Positions 11,057 through 24,325 of a stretch of 64,000 bases of DNA are shown here, piece by piece. Location of the stretch: contig NIVC01001194.1 in assembly GCA_002269645.1 (NCBI GenBank), positions 248,001 to 312,000 on the forward strand, read 5' to 3'. Below the pieces are notes generated by a model that saw nothing but the letters and a program-made list of their open reading frames with translations, was not told the origin of the DNA and searched no databases. The translations under genes were made by a program, and so were the position numbers. Positions within the stretch are counted from its first letter, which is position 1. The number at the start of each line of letters is the position of its first letter. The DNA is from Macrostomum lignano. Lineage: Eukaryota.

Positions 11057-13251
11057 GCCTAGTCATGTTTTTATTTATTTGAATTTTTTTAGCAAACAGA
11101 AATTTTCGTCTTGAACTCTCTAAGTTTTTTAATTAAAATCAAATAATTAATTATTTAATTAAATTAAATTAATTTTTTTAATAAAAGAAGAGTAACACTA
11201 AATCTTAAAGTGCAGCAGATATATATCAAAAAATATTTCCTTTTCAGTAGCTACATATATAATTGTAGCCACACTTAAAAATGATTTCATGTTACTCTTA
11301 AAAATTAAATTAAATTAAATTAAAAAAAATAAAAAAACTATGAATTTTCAATTGATTGATCCTTTTATCTGATCAATGATTTATATACATGGCATAGTAG
11401 CTGTGCCTACTAGCTCCAATATTAGAGACATGGCTACCCATTGTGTCTCTAAATATGAACCCATTCAATATCAATGACATAGCTGCTATGTAAGTGTCAT
11501 TTACACAGTGGCCATGTCTCTAATAGTGACTAGGTCTATACTTATAGACATGGTAGCCATGTCTATAATGCAAATACTTATAGACATGGCCGTGTCTATA
11601 AGTATGGACCCAGTCATTATTAGAGACATAGCCACCATGTCTATAAGTTTCTACATTATAGACATAGTTGCTATGTCTCTAAGTGTGGCATAATTAATAA
11701 TAAAATTACTTATTTTCTCAATCTGACCTATATTTTATACTATAGTATCATATTATGAAAAAGAAGCTTATTTAAAAAGACTACTAATGATGCTTTTATT
11801 ATGTATTTATAAAATATAACTTTGCTATCCTTGTAAAAAGGTTAAAAGCCAATGCTATCCAAGTCTAAGATCTTTGTATAAAATTGCTATATAATTAAAA
11901 TAAAATGATACTAGAATAGCCTTTAGCAAGAAATATAATAAAAATACAATCCATTATCCACCTGTATCTTTAGTAATTGAATAAATATAAACCTTGATTT
12001 TTTTAGTAACTAAGCCAAAAGAGTGCTTAATTAGCAGCAAAGAAAAATCCATAATCTAGATCATGCTGGGTGCATGCCTAAACAAAAATCAAATATTTAC
12101 AAATGCACATCAAAAAAATTGAGTGCATTCCCATTTTCAAAACTATGTTGGTGTTATGACAATAAATGACATTTTTATATTTTAACAATAATGAATTTTA
12201 ATTGCATAATGAACCCTCTTTGGCAGATAGTTTGATTGGTTTTTCTGCTTTTTTGGCAATAATATTTACTATAATAAGTTGATATTACAAAGATTTGTTT
12301 AAATGATTTATTACAAGCTTAAAAAGAACTTTTTTCTTTTTCACATTAACTTTTCTATATAATTCTATAAAGTGCATACAAGGTGTACATGCAGACTATT
12401 TTCTTTGGAGTGATGCATGCCAACTGTGCATAAGTAGGCATAAGTAGGCATAAGTATAGACACTATAGGCATAAGTAGGCATGCACTTAGGCATTATGAA
12501 ATAAAGTGAAAACAATATAAAAATGAAAACTTCACTATAGGCCTACAGCTATATAAAAATATAATAGGGTAACATGTTGTGCAACTTAAATTAAAAGAAT
12601 TATAGTCTTTACTGCCCCAAATCAAATGCAATCACTGATTTTGTGACAAAAAAAACAATTTTTTCCTATCTTTGTAGTGTATTTTTTCTAGGAAATTGTG
12701 GCTTCCAAAAATTGCACAATCTTTGAGTTTTACGTCTTGTTAGTCTAGAAGTCCTTGTATTAAACATTACATTTATACTTACTACTATACCATTAATACA
12801 AGTATAGAAATTTATAGAATCGTATAATATCATTATACCACTTTCTAAAAATCTATACAAATAGATTAATATTGTTTTTATTATTATAATTTTTTAAAAA
12901 GTGCAATCTCATAATAGCTGATACACAGTATGTATATTTATAAGACATTTGAATTAAAGGGAATGGGGAATGCATGCTTAATAAGATAAAATGACAATTT
13001 ATATGGGTTTTTCCCATATAATCGTTTCCTTCTGCCAACAGTTCAAGAAGACAACAAACAATGGACTCGGTAGTAACTTTCACTGTGTGATCTCTAGAGT
13101 CACATTCTCAAACTTTAGGCAAAGATCTTTCCTCTTCAATCAGTATATTTTATAAGCTAACAGACTGTATGCGAGCAAAGAGGAATAGGGGAAGAAAGTG
13201 GAATGGGGAGGCCCAATAGGAGCCATTGGCCAGAGGAAATTCACCAAACAT

Positions 13252-13407
13252 GCGCAATCTTGGGATTCACCTGGCCATTTCTATTGGCAACACACACATG
13301 TAAGTTGCTATTGGCTGAGAGCAGTCACGTGACTACTATTCTGTCCAATAGTGACTTACATGTGTGTGTTGCCAATAAAAACGGCCGGGTGAATCCCAAG
13401 GTTGCGC
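13252..13407. mobile_element. 156-bp near-perfect palindrome centred on GTCACGTGAC (foldback MITE-like)
   Basis: GCGCAATCTTGGGATTCACCTGGCCATTTCTATTGGCAACACACACATGTAAG pairs with the reverse complement of the right arm. Confidence 0.8.
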
Positions 13408-14769
13408 CCAAGCATGAAATTCATACATAATGCAAGGGTCGCATGGCTGGGTTTCTCGCTTGCTGATCATCAGGGCTTGTAGATCTTGTGAATCTGGGGA
13501 GTTGCTACCAAGACTAGATGCTTATTCACGCATCATGCGCGTGTCGGCTGATTTCTCCCATCTTCTTGCTAATGGCGGTTTCATTTCACTTCAAAGACAG
13601 GGAAGGATAGGAGAATAAATTAATCTCTAAGAGTAGAATAGGGATAGAAAATAATCATAGATTCATAGAAATAAATTAGCATATGCAATGAAGAGTGGTT
13701 AGGAGGCACAACCAGAAGGCAGGGTAAAATAATAAAGATAAGATGTTGAGAGTTGGCCAATCAAAATAAAGTTTTTAAAAATAAAAATGAAAGTTGCTAA
13801 AATTAATGCTATTTATATTCATGCACTTATATTAAGTATTACCAAAATGCAGTGCAAAATCAAGCAGCACACATGTAGGCTTTCCCACTAGATTAAATAC
13901 TAATTTGTAAGCATAAAATGATCTATAGATAGTGGCCTCATCAACAGGCCTCTAGGTAAAAGTGAAGGTCAGCTAAGAAATGTGATGGCACAAGCTACTT
14001 GTGGTATATAATGGATCTTGCCATCAATACCTGGTTAAAGCCAGTCCTTATAGTCTTTAATAGTCAGCAGAACCTATTGAATTGAATTCAAAATAAGTCA
14101 ACTTCAAGTACTTCTACACTTTATAATGGTGATATATTGACAAGCATGACAATAGCTTTGGCAGTATCTAGAACAAAGCAGACATATATTGCTATCCATA
14201 GAATGCTCAATTAACATAGCAGCGATGCAGAATAGCAACAAAGGTTGCAGAATTTTCTTAATATCCTACTTTAAGTAGTCACTTATTGGCAATAGTTTTA
14301 GTGGTGATAAATAATATAAATAACTAACTATAGTAGAACTTCAAATTCTAAAAAAACTTTCTTTGCATAAAAATTCTGATCTATTCATAGAGCACACAAT
14401 GGATATATAATATAGCAGTCTAAATCTGAGTCTTAATACTAGTATTGCCAATATGTTTTGTTTTTTCATATATTCTATCAATAAAAGTGGCATATAAAAA
14501 TACCTTTGCAAATTGCAAATTTAAGATGACAAAATCTAACTTTGTTGCCTTAGACCTACAAAACTATATCCACTAAACTAAAAATAACACCTTATGTTCA
14601 AACTCAGAATGAGTTGTTTGTCAGTAGGTAGGTAGGTATTCATGTAATTCAAAAAAATTATATTCTAAAAAACCTGCATATGGTGCTTAATTTTGCAGTT
14701 AAATTTGTCAATTCAGAATTGTGTGTCTCCTTGAAGACTTTATAACGCACTGACACCTGTTTTTGCTTA

Positions 14770-15755
14770 TCAACTTTAAAGGTTTAGTTTGGCGCCTTTT
14801 GGTTCTGTTTAGTGTCTTTTATCGTCCAGTTTGGCGCCTTCTGGTTTAGTTTGGTGCCTTCTGGTCCAGTTTGGCGCCTTCTGGTTCAGTTTAGTTTCTT
14901 TAGGGTTCAGATTGGCGCCTTCTGGTCCAGTTTGGCGCCTTTTGCTTCTGTTTGGCGCCTTCTGGTTCAGTTTGGCGCCTTCTGGTTTAGTTTGGCGCCT
15001 TTTGGTTCAGTTTGGCGCCTTCTGGTTCAGTTTAGTGTCTTTAGGGTTCAGATTGGCGCCTTCTGGTTCAGTTTAGTTTCTTTAGGGTTCAGATTGGCGC
15101 CTTCTGGTTCATTTTGCGCCTTTTGGTCCAGTTTGGTGCCTTTTGCTTCTGTTTGGCGCCTTCTGGTTCAGTTTGGCGCCTTCTGGTTTAGTTTGGCGCC
15201 TTCTGGTTCAGTTTGGCGCCTTCTGGTTCAGTTTAGTTTCTTTAGGGTTCAGATTGGCGCCTTCTGGTTCATTTTGCGCCTTCTGGTCCAGTTTGGCGCC
15301 TTTTGCTTCTGTTTGGCGCCTTCTGGTTCAGTTTGGCGCCTTCTGGTTTAGTTTGGCGCCTTCTGGTTCAGTTTGGCGCCTTCTGGTTCAGTTTAGTTTC
15401 TTTAGGGTTCAGATTGGCGCCTTCTGGTTCATTTTGCGCCTTCTGGTCCAGTTTGGCGCCTTTTGCTTCTGTTTGGCGCCTTCTGGTTCAGTTTGGCGCC
15501 TTCTGGTTTAGTTTGGCGCCTTCTGGTTCAGTTTGGCGCCTTCTGGTTCAGTTTAGTTTCTTTAGGGTTCAGATTGGCGCCTTCTGGTTCATTTTGCGCC
15601 TTTTGGTCCAGTTTGGTGCCTTTTGCTTCTGTTTGGCGCCTTCTGGTTCAGTTTGGCGCCTTCTGGTTTAGTTTGGCGCCTTCTGGTTCAGTTTGGCGCC
15701 TTCTGGTTCAGTTTGGCGCCTTTTGGTTCTGTTTGGCGCCTTCTGGTTCAGTTTG
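14770..15755. repeat. 20-bp tandem array (GTTTGGCGCCTTCTGGTTCA) with 160-bp higher-order unit
   Basis: Identical spurious ORF starts recur at 15143, 15303, 15463 and 15623. Confidence 0.97.
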
Positions 15756-16854
15756 GCAGCTCTAGATTTCAGGTTTTTTCTCTCAGTGGGGGCGTGTTTA
15801 TTTGAAAAAATGACATTACCCTGAGTTGTACGTCTTCAGAGCTGCTATAAAAATCGCCAGCTGATGTTCTACTTTGAAGTGTAAATAAGCATGAGCTGGT
15901 GTTTTACAAAGTAGTAAAGTAGCTTAAGATTCTATTAGTATCAATAACTTATTCTAATGTTTATATCATCGCTATTCTGACTTAGATAAGAATAGTAATT
16001 GCGCTATTAGCATCAATAAGTATTACATAAAAAAAGATGCTTGAAAGATAAACGGAGTTCACACAAGTTACTGGATTAGGCAGGTGGTGAGATGGTGCCT
16101 GTTTTCTTTACTTCACGTCGAGGGTACGTAGAATGAGAGCGCTTAACACTGCTATGTACACAAATTTCTCAAGCAGAAAATGCTCATTGTCTTAAATATA
16201 TAATTGTACGCTTGCTCTGCTTTTTCTGCGAAGATTTCTTCGTTGCTTAAGGTATAGGCATAGGCAAGCACTGGGGTATAAAAACTGCCTAGTGAGCAGT
16301 ATTGGACTCTTGCCCCATTATACTTTGCTCATTTTGCCTGCTCGCTAAAGCACTTGGCTCAAGGACTTGACTTTGACGCAGTTGATTCCTTCTATCGTTT
16401 TTTTGCGCTCTTTGCTTAGGCATCAAGTTACTCGTGCTTATAACTGACCCGGCGATCTGTTGCGGTGAGACATTTACATGGCTGTGGCCAATTGTATCCG
16501 ACTGTTAGGCTCTTGCTGTAAGCAGAACGGACTGCAGCAATAATAAGCACCTTTTTCATAGGAGAGTTGAAGAAAAGAAATTCTTAACTGCTCAAGATTT
16601 GTGCTACCCCACCGCAAATTTCACATTCGATTTCTTTTCTTCCCGTGTTTCTTTTGCAGCACCTCGCTCGCCTAAAAACTGATTCTAGCTTCAATGCTCA
16701 GTTATTCTTGTTGCTAACCGCTGATTCTAGCCAAAGTTGACTCAGCCTGACTCGCTAGCCAACCACAACCCGCCGCTGGTTTGGGGCGGACGGTTTCGCA
16801 GGGCCTGTCGTTTCCGTGAATCATAGAAATACAAGGCAGAAAAAGGCTTGCTAC

Positions 16855-18537
16855 ATGGATTTGGAAGGTCGCAGAAGTTCTTACTCAATTGCCCGTGTAC
16901 TAGAAGAAGTGCAGGAGCAGAAGACCAAAGAGCAACAATTGCAGAAACGACAATCCGGTTTGATTACCGAATCAGAGGTGCTTGAAGCTTCATCGAATTC
17001 TTCCGCTAGCGGCGCGCAGGAGGCGCCTGAGGAGGAGTTGCAGTTTAAGCCGGGATTTGTCAGTCAGCTGTTGGGCAAATTCGGTGGCCAGCAGCAGCAG
17101 CGGGCTGCTAGCAGTTCTAACAGCGCCGAGGTTGCTGCTGGTCTGAGGAAAGCGTCCTCCACACAGAACCTGTCCGGGACTGCCACATTTGGCGGGGTTG
17201 TTCTGAGGCGTCAACCAGTTGCTAGTACTAATAGTAGTAGTAGTACCAGTGCTACTGGTCCGGCCACGGTGGCTAGGCGTCGATCCCAGGACGTCAGCGG
17301 CAATGCTGCCAATGTCAATGGCAACGGTGGTAGTCACGTTTTTGCGTTCAGCGGTGGAAATTCTTCTCCGGCATCCCCGGCGACTCAAGCATCGTCGAGT
17401 CCTAGCGGTAGCAGCACTGCTAGCGGCAATCGTGTCTTTATAATTCCCAAAACCAGCGCTTCTCCCGTTGTCAGGCGTTGGCAACAACAGCAACAGCAGC
17501 AGGCGCCAGTTCAAAAACCAACTCCTCCTTCTGAGCCAATAAAACCATCGCCGTCTCCTACTGACAATTTGAAAACAAAAACGACCGAACAAATTAACGA
17601 AGTTCAACAAAAACCGGAAGTAACCACAGAAAGTATTGTAACGATACCCAGCGATAGTGAAAGTTTGCCAATTAAAAACTTGGTTCAATCTAAGCGTAGT
17701 ATGTTTGAACAGCCGCAGCAGCAACAGTCTGTCGTGAGTCACGCTAAAACCAATGGCGGCGCTGGCTTGGGAACCACTGTTACTAAGGTATCGCCGAGTC
17801 CTCATAACCATCAGCACCAGCCGGTGATTGGGCGCAGCGGCACTAATAATGCTACCAGACAGATTCTGCCAAGATCAGTTGAAATTGTCAAAGCGACTTC
17901 GCCAAAAATGCCGACTCAACAGTCTTCAAAGCCTTCCACGCCGCCCCAGCCGCAGCCGGCAAAGTTCGTATTACCTTCTAAGCCGAGCGTGGTTCCGGCT
18001 CCCACTGTTGCCATGGTAACGAAACCAACAACAACAGTAACCGCAACAACACCTGCAAACAAATCATCAAACACTAAGAAAAGCGACTCAGACGGTTACG
18101 GTTTCGGATTGCCAGTGCCGCAACTGAAATCTTCTCTGCCATTTAACGGCGAAAATCTCAAACGAGTAGCTCTGAACGATCGAGCCGTGGTTGCCATGCG
18201 CAAAGCCGGCAAATCTTGGTTCTTCGGCACCGACGTTGCCGAAGCTCCCGAGGGCAGCATCGCCGTAAAATTGACGCCTAACGATCGGCCATTCTCCCTG
18301 ACCGAGGACGGCGACTCTTCCCACGCGGCTAATGACGTCGATGAATTGACGGAAGAACGGCGAGCTCAGACCACGGTGTGGGATCATGTCAGAAATGCCG
18401 ACTCGGGGAGGCAGCGCGTTGATCCGGGCTTGGCCGCTGAGGCTCGCCGTTTGATGGCGTCCGCTGCCATCGAGGAGGGCGAGGCTGGCGACGATAGAAA
18501 GGCGACGTCGATTGCTGCCAGGAGAAATAAGAAAATG
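16855..18537 (+). CDS. Exon 1 of phostensin/taperin-like protein (S/T/Q/P-rich)
   Basis: Long open frame (first ATG 16855; start uncertain); donor ATG|gtgagg at 18538, phase 0. Confidence 0.75.
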
Positions 18538-18734
18538 GTGAGGATTTTGGGCCTTGTGGTTCCAAGGTTCTGGGGTATTCGGAGATGTTTTGGTGTCTAT
18601 CATGAGGAGTACTTTAAGGATTACTTTATAGCCTGGGTTTTAAGGAGAAATCAAAGTAACCCTTTGACACTAAACGGAAGTTTAAAAATTCTTGAACACT
18701 TTCAAATCTTTTGATGCTTATGGCATAATGTGGT

Positions 18735-18880
18735 AATCCTTGGACACTTAGAGGTGCTTAGGAAAATCCTTGGACACTTAGAGGGGCTTAGGGAAATCCT
18801 TTGACACTTAGAGGGGCTCAGGGAAATCCTTGGACACTTAAAGGGGCTTAGAGTAATCTTTAGAGTCTGAGAAGGATTAG
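18735..18880. repeat. Intronic ~30-bp tandem array (AAATCCTTGGACACTTAGAGGGGCTTAGGG)
   Basis: 4-5 visible copies. Confidence 0.85.
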
Positions 18881-18969
18881 ACTAATCCTTAAACAATTTT
18901 TAAGAGGTCATTCTTAGGCTCGGACACAGGTTTCTATTAACTTTTCATTTTAAACAATCAAACTCTCAG

Positions 18970-19249
18970 CTGTGCTTCAAGCGAGACTCTGTGCTGGAGG
19001 AGACATTCGAATACCAGAGCGAGAAGAGCCTCATCGAGGAGCTGCGCATCACGCCGGACTACCCCACCGATCCGTTCGAACCGTCGGATTCGCCCAGCTC
19101 TCCCACCATCGACGAGGAAGAAGAATTCAATCCAACGGCAGCTTCGGCAGCGACTGATGAAGCCAAAAAGGATGCTGTTAAAGAGGCTGACGGAGACGCC
19201 AAAGTGGCTAACGGGACCGCTGGAGTCGGCCTGCGGCCTGCCGGGACTC
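18970..19249 (+). CDS. Exon 2 of phostensin/taperin-like protein (conserved motif)
   Basis: Acceptor ctctcag; spliced RNKKM|LCFKRDSVLEETFEYQSEKSLIEEL resembles the KISF...TxEYPSExS motif of phostensin/taperin; donor C|gtgagg at 19250, phase 1. Confidence 0.75.
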
Positions 19250-19282
19250 GTGAGGCTCATTGATTACATGGGGTTGGATAAT

Positions 19283-20055
19283 ATGATGAGTTTATCTGAG
19301 TGTGATGAGTTTATCTGAGTGTGATGAGTTTATCTGAGTGTGATGAGTTTATCTGAGAGTGATGAGTTTATCTGAGTGTGATGAGTTTATCTGGGTGTGA
19401 TGAGTTTATCTGAGTGTGATGAGTTTATCTGAGTGTGATGAGTTTATCTGAGAGTGTGATGAGTTTATCTGAGTGTGATGAGTTTATCTGAGTGTGATGA
19501 GTTTATCTGAGTGTGATGGGTTTATCTGAGTGTGATGAGTTTATCTGAGAGTGTGATGAGTTTATCTGAGTGTGATAAGTTTATCTGAGTGTGATGAGTT
19601 TATCTGAGTGTGATGAGTTTATCTGAGTGTGATGAGTTTATCTGAGTGTGATAAGTTTATCTGAGTGTGATGAGTTTATCTGAGTGTGATGGGTTTATCT
19701 GAGTGTGATGAGTTTATCTGAGAGTGTGATGAGTTTATCTGAGTGTGATGAGTTTATCTGAGTGTGATGAGTTTATCTGAGTGTGATGAGTTTATCTGAG
19801 AGTGTTATGAGTTTATCTGAATGTGATGAGTTTATCTGAGTGTGATGAGTTTATCTTAGTGTGATGAGTTCATCTGAGAGTGTGATGAGTTTATCTGAGA
19901 GTGTGATGAGTTTATCTATGAGAGTGTGATGAGTTTATCTTTGATAGTGTGATGAGTTTATCTACGATAGTGCGAGAAGTTTATCTATGAGTGTGATAAG
20001 TTTATCTGCACAAATCTGATGAGTTTATCTGCACAAATCTGATGAGTTTATCTGT
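19283..20055. repeat. Intronic 19/21-bp tandem array (GATGAGTTTATCTGAGTGT)
   Basis: Directly visible. Confidence 0.97.
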
Positions 20056-20206
20056 AAGAATCTGATGGGTTTACCTTTGAGTAGCTGGCAAAGGTATCGT
20101 TGCCTTGTGAGTTGGACTAGTAATTACCTAGCAAAATCGTTTACAATGTACTTTTTGATGAATCTCAGTCTTACTCTTTTATTGTTTAATCCACTCCTTG
20201 CCGTAG

Positions 20207-20409
20207 CAACCGCCCTGGCCAACTATAATCCGAAATTGGCTGACGAATTTGTTTGGGGAGCTCGCAACAGCGCCATCAGTGAGGACAAGAGCAGCCAAGA
20301 GCAGCCTTCCAGCTCCACTGCAGCTGTCGGCGACATCGTTGACGCCGGAGCCGTTGACGATCCCGACGCCCAATGGTCGGCATCTGCTAGCGCTGACTTG
20401 CTATTCTAA
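20207..20409 (+). CDS. Exon 3 (terminal) of phostensin/taperin-like protein
   Basis: Acceptor ccgtag, phase 1; ALANYNPK resembles the taperin C-terminal LxSYTPK motif; TAA ends at 20409; total ~721 aa. Confidence 0.7.
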
Positions 20410-20889
20410 TTATTCCCGTTAATAATGTGTTCAACATGGATTTTTATATCTTTATTTTTGAATTGGCGCCAAAACTAGCATGTGCGAATAATACTACTTA
20501 TTGTTAGGGCCAAATCAGTAGTAGAGATGAAATCGTATTCGAATTAATATTTTCTCTTAAACTATTAAATAATTCCATTATCGTGTTTCTGTACCCAAAA
20601 TCCATTACTATACAGAGAGAAAATTGGGCTGTTAGTTAAAATGTATTAGTAAGCTGTCGTTTAAAACTACTTTAAGTAGGCAGTTTGTTTCCATGCGTTT
20701 TTTATTTTGTTCAACATTTTGGTCGAGCCTGCGGATTTTCTATTATTTATATCCTCGCATTCCGGACATTAAAGCTTCAGTATAATTTTTTTTCAATCTA
20801 AATTGGATGCCAAAACAGGTTCATCAGCTGGTGTTGCAAAACTTTAGTTTAACAATCAGCCATTGTAAATATATAAAGTAATAAGTTTA

Positions 20890-23050
20890 ATTAATCCCAT
20901 TTATGACAATTGAGTCCCGGATTTATGAATCCCATTTATGATAATTGTTAATTGAGTCCCGGATTTATGAATCCCATTTATGATAATTGGGTCCCCGATT
21001 TATGAATCCCATTTATGTTAATTGAGTCCCGGATTTATGAATCCCATTTATCATAATTGAGTCCCGGATTTAGGAGTCCCATTTATGATAATTGGGTCCC
21101 CCGATTTATGAATCCCATTTATGATAATTGATAATTAAGTTCCGGATTTATGAATCTCATTTATGATAATTGAGTCCCGGATTTATGAATCTCATGATAA
21201 TTGAGTCCCGGATTTATGAATCCCATTTATGATAATTGAGTCCCGGATTTATGAATCCCATTTATGATAATTGAGTCCCCGATTTATAAATCCCATTTAT
21301 GATAATTGAGTCCCGGATTTATGAATCCCATTTATGATAATTGATAATTGAGTCCCGGATTTATGAATCCCATTTATGATAATTGATAATTGAGTCCCGG
21401 ATTTATGAATCCCAATTGTTAATTGAGTCCCGGATTTATGAATCCCATTTATGATAATTGATAATTGAGTCCCGGATTTATGAATCTCATTTATGATAAT
21501 TGAGTCCCGGATTTATGAATCTCATTTATGATAATTGAGTCCCGGATTTATGAATCTCATTTATGATAATTGAGTCCCGGATTTATGAATCCCATTTATG
21601 ATAATTGATAATTGAGTCCCGGATTTATGAATCTCATTTATGATAATTGAGTCCCGGATTTATGAATCTCATTTATGATAATTGAGTCCCGGATTTATGA
21701 ATCCCATTTATGATAATTGGGTCCCCCGATTTATGAATCCCATTTATGATAATTGATAATTGAGTTCCGGATTTATGAATCTCATTTATGATAATTGAGT
21801 CCCGGATTTATGAATCTCATGATAATTGAGTCCCGGATTTATGAATCCCATTTATGATAATTGAGTCCCGGATTTATGAATCCCATTTATGATAATTGAG
21901 TCCCCGATTTATAAATCCCATTTATGATAATTGAGTCCCGGATTTATGAATCTCATTTATGATAATTGAGTCCCGGATTTATGAATCCCATTTATGATAA
22001 TTGAGTTCCGGATTTATGAATCCCATTTATGATAATTGAGTGCCGGATTTATGAATCCCATTTATCATAATTGAGTCCCGGATTTATGAATCCCAATTGT
22101 TAATTGAGTCCCGGATTTTTGAATCCCATTTATGATAACTGGGTCCCCGATTTATGAATCCCATTTTTGATAATTAAGTCCCCGATTTATGAGTCCCATT
22201 TATGATAATTGGGTCCCCGATTTATGAATCCCATTTATAATAATTGAGTTCCGGATTTATGAATCCCATTTATGATAATTGGGTCCCCGATTTATGAATC
22301 CCATTTTTGATAATTAAGTCCTGGATTTAGGAGTCCCATTTATGATAATTGATAATTGAGTTCCGGATTTATGAATCCCATTTATGATAATTGGGTCCCC
22401 GATTTATGAATCCCATTTTTGATAATTAAGTCCTGGATTTAGGAGTCCCATTTATGATAATTGATAATTGAGTTCCGAATTTATGAATCTCATTTATGAT
22501 AATTGGGTCCCCCGATTTATGAATCCCATTTATAATAATTGAGTTCCGGATTTATGAATCTCATTTATGATAATTGAGTTCCGGATTTATGAATCTCATT
22601 TATGATAATTGATAATTGAGTCCCGGATTTAGGAGTCCCATTTATGATAATTGGGTCCCCCGATTTATGAATCCCATTTATGATAATTGAGTCCCGGATT
22701 TATGAATCCCATTTATGATAATTGAGTCCCGGATTTATGAATCTCATTTATGATAATTGAGTCCCGGATTTATGAATCCCATTTTTTGATAATTGAGTCC
22801 CGGATTTATGAATCCCATTTTTTGATAATTGAGTCCCGGATTTATGAATCCCAATTGTTAATTGAGTCCCGGATTTATGAATCCCATTTATGATAATTGA
22901 GTCCCGGATTTATGAATCCCATTTATGATAATTGAGTCCCGGATTTATGAATCCCATTTATGATAATTGAGTCCCGGATTTATGAATCCCATTTATGATC
23001 ATTGAGTCCCGGATTTATGAATCCCGGATTTATGGATTTATGATAATTGA
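20890..23050. repeat. ~35-bp tandem array (GATAATTGAGTCCCGGATTTATGAATCCCATTTAT)
   Basis: Directly visible, about 2.1 kb; each unit contains a GGATT...AATCC micro-hairpin. Confidence 0.97.
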
Positions 23051-24157
23051 TAATTAAGCTCCTTATTTATGAATTCCATTTCAATAATGCTTTATCTATA
23101 GGTTATAATGCAGCTTATATAGTTTGTATTCCTATAATTCAGAGGTGCTAAACTTTCATAAGAGTTCTTCAATAAGTAGTATTTGTACAAACTGTCTAAT
23201 GATATCTGTAATCTCAATTGTTTTTCTACTTAACCGCAGGCAAAAATGCATCCAGAAGAGCTGCTTTCACTGTAACTTGGCTAGTTTTAACCTTTTTGTA
23301 AAATGTCAAATTTCCAGCATATGTTTTTTTAATTTGGTGTTTCTAAATTTTCTATTTTGCCATCTAAACATCAGCTCAATGCTACTCAATCAGTCAGCGG
23401 CTTCTCAACATTTCATTTATTAATGACAAATTTTAATAGAGTGAAACTAATTCAAGATAGATTGCAAACAGTAATTGTTTATTTCGTTTAAGATTGACAG
23501 TTTCTGCAATCTTATCAATGCTGCAGTTGATTTAAAAGTAAATTTTAATCAATAATATCAGTTTTTTATTATCATTTTTCTTTTCTATTCTCTGCAGCTT
23601 TTTATTCTAGTTGAATTTTTCTTTCATTTCGGCTGTTAGAGAAGATTGCAGGCGGTTCTATTTTATAGTTTACAGCGTAAATGCTTGCGTATTGTGCTTT
23701 GTTTATTAAACTTTTTTGTTTATAAATTTCTAGATTATTTGTTGCCTACTCTGATTGCGCCAAGACAATATATATATATATATCTTTTGTTTAAACCTAA
23801 ATCTGTTCCAACTTCCTAACAAAAAAGATTATTTAAAACATGTAATTATGATTTTTTGTTCAATCTCGGCGAATGTACTTTTTTGCAAAAAAATTTAATA
23901 CATTAAAAGTTTATATAGGTTATTATCTGTGTGTTATTTATTAATTATTTCGATTGAGTCGTAAGATCAGCAAAGTTTACGATTAGGTGGCCGCAAAGCT
24001 GAAAAATATAATAAATGACAAAGAAACCTAACATAACCGACTTCCATCACAAGTTGTAAAAATATTGATGATAAAAATCTATACTTTCTACTGTCCACAT
24101 AGATAAGTAGAGTAGTGACGATATTTACCTATTTTATTGAATAATTTCATGCCGCAG

Positions 24158-24325
24158 ATGGCTGCAGCCAGCGGGAAGAATCGGCTTTCGCAGCGTCAGC
24201 AGTCGGAATCCAAGTCGGCTTATCGAATTACAGTCACTGATCCCCAACTGCATCCCAGCAATTTTACCGCCTATAAAGTCACCATGCATGTTGTGCCAGA
24301 GTCTATATTTCAAGAGGAATATCAG
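24158..24325 (+). CDS. RPS6KC1: RPS6KC1-like exon 1 (start of PX domain)
   Basis: YRITVTDPQLHPSNFTAYKVT resembles RPS6KC1 YTVTEPQRHPRGYTVYKVT; ATG at 24158 (or 24149); donor CAG|gtacg. Confidence 0.85.

Noticed and set aside
14812-15805. Hydrophobic ORFs (FGAFWFSL repeats)
   Set aside because: Translation of a 20-bp array; likewise the repeat ORFs at 26274-27724, 33325-35829, 43454-44177, 49407-50031 and 51262-51785
18538-18714. C-terminal 58 aa of the 632-aa ORF
   Set aside because: Read-through into the intron past a gtgagg donor; the spliced form restores the conserved motif
20890-23050. 35-bp repeats with an internal palindrome, superficially CRISPR-like
   Set aside because: Units are contiguous with no unique spacers, there are no cas genes, and the context is eukaryotic
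23040-23700. Tc1-like phrase RLKLAK...FW on the minus strand
   Set aside because: Too short, in AT-rich sequence, with no DDE motif or TIR
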